Shown one piece after another: positions 50,664 to 62,072 of a stretch of 64,000 nt of DNA; position 1 is the stretch's first letter; each line of letters opens with the position of its first letter. The translations under genes were made by a program, and so were the position numbers. The notes beneath the pieces were generated by a model that saw only the letters and a program-made list of their open reading frames with translations, ran no database searches and had not been told where the DNA came from. The stretch lies in the IMG/VR virus record IMGVR_UViG_3300021387_001019, positions 36,934 to 100,933 of that record. One strand, given 5' to 3'. The DNA is from a virus. Lineage: Duplodnaviria > Caudoviricetes.

Positions 50664-53600
50664 CGAAGAGTAATGAAAAATAATATATTAAAACACAGAG
50701 AGGAAATAACCACAATGAGTAAAAACACAAATAAAATAAATGAAACAGAACGTAGATGCGGAACATGTATTTGGTTTGAAGGAGAGGATGATGATTCCAA
50801 TCTTCAGTTTTGTGATGAAAAAGAAATGTGGTGTTATAATTGGGGAATATGTCCTCGCTGGGAACAAAAGACAAATTAAATATTAAAGGAGAAAACTATG
50901 AGCAAAAAAATTAGATTAAAAATTTCCCCACCGTGGGTTGTGACAACCAAAAAACTTGAAGCACTCTTTGATGGCGATCCGCAGATTGCATTCAATGTTA
51001 ATTATTCTGGCAAAAATCCGTCTGTAGTGTTGGCTTGCAATAATGGTGACAAGGTCGCAGCTTTGCTTCAGATTCTTCCAAATGAATATGAATTTGGCGG
51101 CGTGAAGCTTAAAGTTATAGTTGACGGCACACCGAGCAATATTGCATTTGCTAATAAGAAAGAATTGTTCGAAACAGCATTCAAGGGCAATCCTGCATTT
51201 GCTATGGCAGTATCGCCGGTTGACGATGGATATGCCTGGTTCTCTATGGTATATGTAATTTTCCAGAATCACGTTGTTCAGTTCTTCGCCGACAATATAG
51301 CTGATGCACATGGTCTTATTAGTACTCTTTATGAAGATATTGCGAGAGAACTTCTGACAGGCGAAGGCGCACAGGGCGTATATTTCTGTACAAACGTTGA
51401 AGTTGGTAAACTTGGAAAACCCACTGGTCAGTGGCCGTAATTAGCAACTAATCTATTAAATAATAATAGAATACTACCGGGAGAAATAATATGAAAATAA
51501 TTTACGAAGCGTATGATGGAACAAAATTTGATGACTATGATGATTGCCGCTGGTATGAAGAAAAAAGAAATCACAAAGATATTTATTCAATAAAATTCTT
51601 TGATGTGAACGGCAATGAATATCACATAACAAACGATTATGATAGCAATGAAAATATATATCAGTGCTGTGAAAAGATTGTTATAGACAATAAAAGTCAA
51701 GCTGATGACCTCCTCTGGATTTCTGAGGAATACGGATGGTGTGAATTTTATCAGATTATTTCTCCCGGTATTTGGTTGAGAAAAGATAAAGGATTTGGCG
51801 ATGCCAAATGGATGAAACAATGAATATAAATAATTTAAATGATAGATATAACATAGAAAGAAATGAAAACTGGCGTGACTGGGCGGTTAAAATTCCGGCA
51901 ATGCGTTTTGATTCAGATTGGGACGTTGGAATAGTTCCACCACTTATGGGCGCCCTCGCAAGATTTTGGATTGCTAAAGGCGAGAAAGCAGTATCAGTTT
52001 ACTTTGATGCATTTTCTTATTTAGGATATATGTTTGACGACGATGGCAACCCAATTCCATATTATGAAGTATTAATGGATGATACAAAAAGATATATGAT
52101 TGATGAAACGGAAAAAATGATGGCAGACATAAGAGCGTACCTCAATTCGTAAAATAACAAATAAAATATTAATAGGAGTAATTATGAAAAAAGTAAAATT
52201 TTATTGTGTGTCAGAAGAAAGTGATGAATATATATTTGCAAATGACGCTTCAGAAATTGATCTACAAGAGGCTGCGGATTTGTGGGTCAGAGATAATATT
52301 GGCGGTTATTATGAAGTAATTGAGGAAGATGACACTATTGATCATGAGATGATTTAAACTGCCATTGACGCTATAACTCAAGTAATCAAAATGGATGAGG
52401 TATTTAAAGTATGAGCGTAATAGTGAGAAACATATAAAAGGGGCGTTGAGTTGATGTCGGAAATAAAAAAGCGAGTCAACATTTACAAGATTGATTTTAG
52501 GTGTGACATTTGCGGAACTGGATTTTACAGACAAACGGGCGTGGTAAATCTTACAAATCCACCAAAATATCCACATAGATGTACTGTTTGTGGCGCCGAG
52601 ATGATAGTTTCGGGAAAAACATATCCGTATATGATAGAGGAGGAGGTTGACGAATGACCAACGAAGAAGCCATAAAGACCCTTGAAGTAGCAAAGGCAGA
52701 GACCGAGTGGACGGCTCCGCTTGAGTATCAGGAGGCTTTTGATATGGCGATTGAGGCGCTAAAAACTGTGGACAAAACTGCAAAACAGCTTGAAATTCTT
52801 GCCGATGTACTGGACGGCTGTCCTCTCACGCATCCTTGCGACAAGCTTTGGAAGCCGACGGGATGGTGTGAAAAACATTGTAAAGACGGACAGGCAGAAC
52901 CAAGTAAAGAATGTTGGCTTAGATATGCGGAAGTAATGGCAAAACAGAATTATGTAAATTATGAGGTTGATAATAAATAAAAGAAGGGGTTAAATGAGTG
53001 CAAAAATCGGGCAAAGATGTGTTTTTTATGTGGCGCATATTTATAGTTTTGGGACAATTATAAAGATATTTGATGATGGATTAAAGGTGTTAATTCAGGA
53101 TGATGAAGGCGGCGTATACGAAAAACTTAGCTGCGATGTAACGTTACTTTAACTGCGATAAAGGGGTTTATTATGACTGTACAAGAACTGTTGACGGCGT
53201 TGGAGACAATGCCGAATGATGCACAAGTAATTGTCGTTCATCCGGATTTACGAGGTTCAGCGTTAAAAAATATCGCCATTGACGATGACAAACTCGGCAA
53301 AGGCAAAGTAAAGATTTATATCACTTAAAGCACACTATGATGAAGCTTGGGAGGAATAATATGAGCGTTAAAGCAAATTGGTCAGGAATGTACCCGTGTT
53401 TGTGTTCTGGAGAGTGGACATTATTTGTCAATGATAAAGATGTAACTGAAAAAATTCCAGAAGAACTTCGTACTGAGCCAATGTATACTTTTGGAACTTA
53501 TCAAACCTGGTATTTTGAAGATGATTGGGAAGAAGTATTCGAAGACTATGAAGATGGAATGTCTTGCAAAGAATGGATCGAGAATAACGATTACTGGTTA

Positions 53601-53708
53601 AAAGATATTACCGATGATTACAAGGTTAAAGAAGAAATTTATTTTGCAATTCAAGATGAAGATTTTCGCCATAATAGCTGTGGCGGATGTATATGAAAGG
53701 ATTGTTTT

Positions 53709-54639
53709 ATGAGTGTTTTGATTAAGGGTATGGAAATGCCGTTGAATTGCATCCAATGCGAATTTGTGAGGTTTGACCGTTACTCGAAAATATATTATTG
53801 TCACGAGACAAACATCGACATCGGTGAAAGCGAAGAATATAGATGTCCTGATTGGTGTCCTTTGGTAGAGATACCTGACAAGCATGGACGGCTGATTGAT
53901 GAAGATGATGTAAAAAGAAGAATGATTCCATTATCATTTTCCGTGCAAAACTGGATTAGCGAAGTAGAATTATCTAACTGTAGGACTGTGATTAAAGCGG
54001 AAGAGGTGAATGAATGAGCGTTTTAATTAAAGGTTTTCAGATGCCAACAAGTTGTTATTACTGTGGACTTACTGATACTTCATTTATAAATTGCCAAGCG
54101 TTTTCTCCGTGTAGACTTCTCGAAGATGATTGTGAAGAAAGAAGACCTGACTGGTGTCCGCTGGAGGATATACCTGACAAGCATGGCAGATTATTTGACC
54201 AAGATGATGTCAAGGCGGTTTTGTATGATATGCCTGATACGAAAGATAAGTGGGATGCGATAGCGTTGCTTGAGTGGGCGATAGATAAGCGCTGGTGTAT
54301 CGAAGCGGAAGGAGCGGATGAATGAGCGTTTTAATTAAAGGTATGCAGATGCCAGAACTATATGAAACGTATAAAATTAATATAGCCAAAACAAGAGAAG
54401 GAAAAATTGTTCTTGGAATGTGTAAGATAGATGAAACAAGTTATAGACTAATTGGTGAAGTTATTGAACTTCCAGAACATCATGGCAGACTAATTGATGA
54501 AGATAGACTGATGAGAGTATATGAAGACAGATTTGAAAAAGTGGCTGATAGATATGGTGTTGATTCCTCAGAAGCTGGAATTATTTCTGGGGCAATGAAG
54601 CTTTTAATGATTGAACCTGGAGTTGTTGAAGCCAAATGA
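53709..54639 (+). CDS. Three tandem paralogous small proteins (53709-54017, 54014-54325, 54322-54639)
   Basis: All begin MSVLIKG(M/F)(E/Q)MP and share (K/H)HGRL(I/F)D(E/Q)D; two retain CxxC...PDWCPL; ATGA overlaps. Confidence 0.8.
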
Positions 54640-57600
54640 AAGAACTCAGAGTTAATGTATTTAGCAAAACGTATTGGATAAATGATAAAACTGAACAGCA
54701 TTGCGAGAAATTTGGAAGAATACCAATTAAGATAGATTTTTATTCTGATTATCCAACAGCTATAAATGTTGCCTTTGATGACGGATCGATAGAGAGATAT
54801 GTCAAGGATGAGCGCGTAAAATGAAATGAAATGAAAGGGTTATTTGATGGATAGTATGCCTTATTTTTTGGCTTGTTTTTATATGGCAAAAACAGAGGAA
54901 TATGATAGATTGTTATCTAATATAAGATCTAAACATGATCCTACAGAAGCCATTGTAGATTCTAGATATAAAGATATTTCTGACAGATATGCAATGCACT
55001 GCAAAAAATATCTTTATAACAAATACCCGCAATTTAAAAAAGCGATGAATGAAGAAATCCATAGACATTTCAATTATTCTGCGCAACATTGGATAGACGA
55101 ATATGAAAGGCTAACAAGTGATGGTTGGAATATAGATGGTGGCATGAAAGGAGTTCCTGATGTTAATTAAAGAAGATGTATTAAATATTGTTCAAAATAT
55201 TGTCAACGAACCGGTCAAGCGTGATGGTGGATTACCTAAAGAAATTCGAATTTTGAAAGCCATTGAAGAGATGGAAGAATATAGAGATGATGTAATAACT
55301 TGTGATAGATGTTCTGAGTACCGAGATGGTATATGCAATTATCACAATGGCAGCGTTTATCCAGATGATTATTGTAGCTTTGCGATTGCTAAGGGATGAA
55401 AGGATCCCAATATGAAAATTCGAGAAATGATTGAGCGGGAAAAATATATTGATGATACGATTGATGAGTTGTCCGGTAGTATCAAAACGGCGCTATCAAA
55501 AGTCATCGGTGCGCCAGATGAAATTATCATTACATACGATAGTGCCAGACAAATAGCAACTTGTTTAGATTGGCTCCAGGCAATATTTAAACAGAATATT
55601 GATAATTTGTCTGTTTATGATGTGAGTATAAAAAATTTACCAGATTATTTATAAGAGGGTTATTTTATGGATTATAAATCAAAAGGCGAAATAATTGAAT
55701 ATGCAATTAAGAAAAAATGCCAGGAATATAGTCTAGTTGATTGGTGCAAGGAATGGGGCATCACGGTAGATGAATTTTATAAATTTCTTGAACTTGGTAG
55801 ACAGGCATTTAATTCTGATGAGTTAAGAAACAATAGTTGTTTTAAATAAAACGATTTTTTCTATGGGGATAATATATGAGACCAATGAAAGGATATATGT
55901 GAGTGACAAAAAAATCAGAGGATTAAGAGCAAAATGCTATTTTTATGATGATTTCATAACTGATAGCGTGACAAGCAATGAAGAGTTAGAAAAAATAATT
56001 GATGTTTTAAATCAGATACCAGAGGAATATTTAGTTTCAGTTAAAGAAATCGCTTCAGTATTAAAAAAGAATAATAGGATTGAAGAATTTGGGAATGGGT
56101 AAAAAATAATTATAACAATTATTGGGAGTGTATAATTAATGTGTAAATTTTGCGAAACGATTGAAGCTAAGAAAGAAGCACATAAAATAGCGCAATCCTG
56201 GTCAACCGATGATGAGTTGCGAAAATTCGGCAAGTACATGCAAGAATTAACTGTGGCGATTGTCGAGCACACTTGGTACAAAAAGTGTGGCAAAAAATCG
56301 GCGACAAGAGTTGTTAGCTATAGAAATCAAGGATTGGGTTTTAAGTTGAATTACTGCCCAGAATGTGGGAGAAGATTATAAAGTTGGGTTATTTGATGAA
56401 TTATAAAGAATTTGCGAAAACATTATTCGATTCTGAAGATCAAATGTTTACAAATGGTACAGATGCCCAGACTTGTTTAAATATTTTGGCGGAACATTTC
56501 TTGGGAAAAGATTTGGTGTTAAATTATCCTGGATCTATAACTCAGTGGAATTCTGAAGTTACTCACGAAATTTTGAGAGAATATCCATCTGGGAAAATTA
56601 GAAGAATACATAAATAATAAACGGAGGTATTCGATGACAGTAAAACAATTAATTGATAAGCTTTTAGAATTCCCACAGGACATGCCAGTTGCGACTTTTT
56701 ATGATATTAATCCAGGAGATATAGATGACCCCGACTGGATTAAGGTGAATATATGTACATGGGAACATCAGAATTACCCTTATAATAAACCTAGTTTTGA
56801 CTATGTAAATTTAGAATAAACCGAGGAGGATTATTTAATGAACAGGTGTGATTATTGTAGATATAAAAATTCCTGGGACTGTGAAAATGGTTGGGATCGT
56901 ATACGAAATGACGAGATATGCGATGATTTTGTACTTGAATTTTACTTATTATCCAAGAAACAACAGGAGGAGATTCAGAAAATCTTGATGCATCAAGACT
57001 AAGGAAGGCTATTTGATAAATGAAGATAAAAGAAAATATGGAAAAAGAATTTGAAAAATGCATTGAAGTAAATAGCCACGACTGTTATTCAAAATTTGTT
57101 ATAGATTATATGATCCGTTGGGCGAACATGATGGAAGAACACATATCCAATGGTGAGAACATTAATAACATTGCGGAAAAGACATCGCATGAGGCCGACA
57201 CGGATGGCATCACCGGTTTTATGTATGGATGTGCAGTCGATCTGTTATCTATACTTTGGGAATATGGAGAAGACTTGAGAAAATGGCATAATAAACAGTA
57301 CGAATATGATGGGGATGGAGTTGTTAATCCAGCGGTTTTCACTGTTAGATAATGAAGCGATACATCCAGGATTAGTTTCCAAAATAAATTTACCAAAATG
57401 AAGAGGGTTATTTCATGGATAATCAAAAATTATTTGTTTATAGAAAACCAAATGCAATGGTAGATCATGAATATACTGACGATGTGGCAATAACATATGC
57501 TTCAAGCAGAGCGCAAGCATATATGAAAATTAAGCCTTATTATGATTGCGATATAACGGATATCGAAGAAGTATATTTTAATGATGGCGGTATAGCAATC

Positions 57601-60600
57601 CTGACAAGCTACTAATAAAAAATGAGGAGAGAATTCAATGAGGACATTTAGAAAATTTTATATTTTAATTTCAGATTGTATATGTACCGGCGAGGTAGAA
57701 GAAGTACCAAAAACAATGTTTTGTACTGAAGATTGGAATTTTACAGACAACATTGAGGAGGCTGCAAAATTTGATTCCCAAATGGCTGCGCATTTGTTTT
57801 TGGCTCATCCACCTAAGAATAATAAATTATATGCAGATTTAATGATTCGCCAGGCATCTGTTGAATATAATTGGTAATGAAACAGTACTTTTATAGGAGA
57901 ACAATATGGCAATAGGATTTTATCTTGATGAATTTGAAGAAGAAAGATTTAAGTGTAAACACATTGAATGTCCATACAAAGCTTGCCAATGGCATAAATA
58001 CACATTGATGGAGATTGATAGAAATAATTACGCTAATAGATATTCTGGTGTAGCAAGCATGTTTCCACTGATTGTTGAAGATATGGAAAAATGTAAGATG
58101 TATTTAGATTTATAAAATGAGTTTTGATGAGGACAAAATAATGAAGACTGTTTATTATATTTATAAGTTTGAAGATGGCACTATTTTAACTCTTGTAAAC
58201 ACTGGATTTTCAATAGCAGAGGGATTCAAAATGAGGGAATTACATGGTGACTGCGAGCTTGAGATAAAACAGGTAAGAATTCAATAAATGAATTTTTTAT
58301 TGGGAGGAATAGTTGTTGGAAAAATTATATAAAGCTGGAGACATAATTAGGTATCCAGATAAAGATGAAACGGATTACAAATTTGAGTCAATTATTTTAG
58401 CAGAATGCGATGGTTATGAAAATGAAGTACGTAAAGATGATAAAGGCTATTACATATATATTATTAATAAGCATGATATTGACAAAGAAATAGACAATAA
58501 TGTATATGAAATTGGGGAGCTTAAAATATCTCATTTTTGTAATCGCAAAGTTGCTAAATCACTGATTAAGACTATTCTTGACAATGGATTTATTCTAACA
58601 AGAAGCGGGTCGGACGAGAAATATGTTTACCATAATGTAATTAAAATTGTTGGAGATAATTGGCAGCTATAAAATAGTATTTTTATTGAGGACAGAATAT
58701 GAAAGTATATGTAGTAACTTCCGGTACATATTCGGATTATATGATACGAAAGATTTTTCTAAATAAAGATAAGGCCGAAGAGTACAAAAAGTGGCTTCCA
58801 GATAGTAACGATGTTGAAGAATATGATACTTCGGATGATGATATTATAAATAAGTCATACAAAGTCAGAATTGATCTTAAATGGTATACAAATAAAAAAG
58901 AAAAACTTATCGCTGGAGCATGGAAGGATTGTGAATCTGATTATAATTACAATTACTATTACAATTATTCTGACTGGGAAGAGTTAACTGTTGTCAGAAC
59001 ACTAAACGGTGATAATTTTAACGAACAGTTTTATAAGGATAAATTGACAAAGCATATATATGATTTAAAAGCTTACGTTGAATATCTTAAAACGGAGGGC
59101 TACAATGAGAAACAAATAAGAGATGCAATAGCATTAAAATGAATTTTATGGAGGATAAACGATGGCAAAATACATTCATTATGGATCAACATCATTTCAA
59201 CCAGATAAATTCCAGCCAATTAAAAATCAGGAATGGGGAGCAGTAAAACCGATTGGTGGTATATGGGCCTCTCCAATTGACGCTAAAAGGGGCTGGAAAC
59301 AGTGGTGTACTTCCGAAGAATTTTGGCTAGATAAATTAGATTCCAATTTCGAATTTAGTCTTAGTGATGATGCAAGAGTTTGCCATATTAAATCCGTAAA
59401 GGATCTTAAAAAGTTGCCGGAGTGGAATGGATTATTTAAGAGCACCTGGTACTGCATTGATTTTGAGAAAGCAATGAAAAAGTATGACGCTATTGAATTA
59501 CATCTGTCTGATGAAGTTATAGATGATTATTTAGACAGTTTATACTTTAAACTTTACGGATGGGATTGTGATTCTATATTAATAATGAATCCAAATATAA
59601 TTGTAATATGAATTGATTTATTGAGGTGAATAATGGATATAACAATTGATGCTTTTGATTATATATCTCCAGAGAAAATATCCGAGATTGTAGAAGACGA
59701 GATCAGATATGCAATTCGTTCTCAGATTAAGAAAGAATCTGATATAGAACGTGTACTAACAAACTTCACGGCAGAATACGTGTTTAAGCTGATTGAAGAT
59801 GAATGGGCTGCACATAACATTGATTTCGAAAAGATTCTGAGAGAAAAGGTTGATAGTGCTATCAGGGATGACAGTGTAAAGTGGCAAATTTTTCGCCGTA
59901 AAGATGCTTGGGATAGAACAGAATCCCCAGCAGTAAAAATCCTGGATGAGGAATGTGCCAACAGTAGACCACTTATACGCGAAATGGTAGAAAAACATAT
60001 CAGAGAATATCCGTTTTATGAGTTGGATAGAGATGAAATTGGCAGTGTTATTTATAATGTAATAATGGAAAAAATATTAAAGTGCAATGAAAGAAGTGAG
60101 GATGAAAAATGATTTACTGTGGAACTGGATATACAACATTAGACGATCTTGAAAACAGACTTGATGGAGCGGTTCAGAGAGGAGAACTTACTGAGCAAGA
60201 AGCATGGGACGAATTTCAAGAAGCTGCCGCCAGAGAACGGTACGAACAGGAAATGAATGACTATATGCAACAGCAGATGATGGAAGAAGAACCATATTTG
60301 TTTTGATAGGATAGGTTTTTATTGAGGATATATTATGAGAGTAAAGATAGGAAACAAGATTGTATGGTTTGATATTGCTATTCAACCTGGCGGGACCGAT
60401 GATCATATTTATTTAGGACACGCATACGATAGAGAACATTATGTTATAGATTGTAAATCTACAGATTTGGCAACCACATTTTTAAATGATTTGTTGCAAT
60501 ATGGATTTGCTGACACGGGTAATTTTGCTGGCAACGTTTTAGATTACTCCAATGATATTAATTGGAGATAGAATAAAAGGAGAAAAAAAATGACATTTGA

Positions 60601-61154
60601 TCGTGTTAAATCACAAATCAAACAATATATAGATGAATCACATACCAATGGTGAGTTATTTGGTAAAGTAATGGATTTGTATATTGGCGATGATTCAATA
60701 CCAATTGAAATTCGTGAGAAAACCAAAAAGTTGATTGAGAAATATTTAAGTATAGAGAATTTGAAAGAACTGAATGCACTCTCTCAGAAAAAGAAAGAAT
60801 CGGAAGAAACATTTAACAATAATTGTATGTGTTCAATGAAGCAGTTAAATAATGAAGCGGAGAAGCTGGACAGTTGATAGAAAGAGTTTTTGATGGTGTG
60901 TATAAATGAATCAAATTGAAGTTTATGAAGATGAATTTCTTAATGCGATAATGGACAGAGTTTTTAGAAGGTGTTTGACTTGTAATAAATATCTTGATAA
61001 AAAAGATCCACATATTATTGCTTATAAAAACGATATACCGGCATATTTCTGTAGAGAACATATTGATGACGCAAAACATTATTTGGATTGGTATCAAGAA
61101 TTTGTAGAAGCATCGGAATAATATAAAGATTATTTGATAATTTGGAGGAATATT

Positions 61155-62072
61155 GTGAAACAAAAACATTTTTTAGATATAGAAAATTTACGCGAAAATG
61201 ATACCGAGTTAAGGCGCGGCAACGGTTATGGATTCGAAAAGGGCGACATTGTTAGTATTACGGAAAAAATTGATGGCAGTAATTCTTCTATAAGATATAA
61301 TCCAGAAACAGATAGTCTAATTGCCTTTTCAAGAAAACAGGAGTTGTCGATTAATAATACCCTTCAGGGCTTTTGGAATTATGTACAAACTCTTGATATA
61401 AAACCTTTTAAAGACCATCCATCATGGTTTGTATTTGGCGAACAAAATGGAACTAATAAAATTAAGTATAGACTAGAATATGTTAAGAAATGGATTGTAT
61501 ATGATATCTATGACTCCGATACGGAACAATGGCAACCGCAGAATGTCGTAAAGAAGTTCTGTGAAGATTATGGTTTCCCGTATATTCATGAACTGTATTT
61601 CGGGCCATTTATTTCGTGGGATCATGTTCGAAGTTTTTTACATAGTCCTGGATATGGTGATAGACAAGAGGGCGTTGTAATAAAAAATCAGACAAAGCTT
61701 AACGATCCAGATTCAAGACTTCCGTTTTATTTGAAGATCGTAAACGAAGATTTTAAAGAGTCCATGAAAACGAAAGAAAAAGTTATTGATCTAGAAAAAG
61801 AAGAAGCAAAAGCAGAGGCACAAAAAATTATTGAATCTATAGTAACAAAAAATAGGATAGAAAAAGAATTATTTAAGATGCGTGACGATGGTATTATCCA
61901 GGAAAAACTTCAGCCAAGTGACATGAAACTTGTCGCCCAGAATCTTCCCAAAAGAATCTTTGATGATTGTATGAAAGAAGAGAGGGAATTAGTACTATCC
62001 GCAGGAGAATATTTTGGAAAAATGTGCGGAGCATATACTATGAAACTAGCTAGAGAAGTGATATTGGGATGA
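61155..62072 (+). CDS. ATP-dependent RNA ligase (Rnl2-like)
   Basis: Nucleotidyltransferase motifs TEKIDGSN, VFGE, VYDI, EGVVIK, LKIV; GTG start after GGAGG. Confidence 0.85.
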   Translation: MKQKHFLDIENLRENDTELRRGNGYGFEKGDIVSITEKIDGSNSSIRYNPETDSLIAFSRKQELSINNTLQGFWNYVQTLDIKPFKDHPSWFVFGEQNGTNKIKYRLEYVKKWIVYDIYDSDTEQWQPQNVVKKFCEDYGFPYIHELYFGPFISWDHVRSFLHSPGYGDRQEGVVIKNQTKLNDPDSRLPFYLKIVNEDFKESMKTKEKVIDLEKEEAKAEAQKIIESIVTKNRIEKELFKMRDDGIIQEKLQPSDMKLVAQNLPKRIFDDCMKEERELVLSAGEYFGKMCGAYTMKLAREVILG

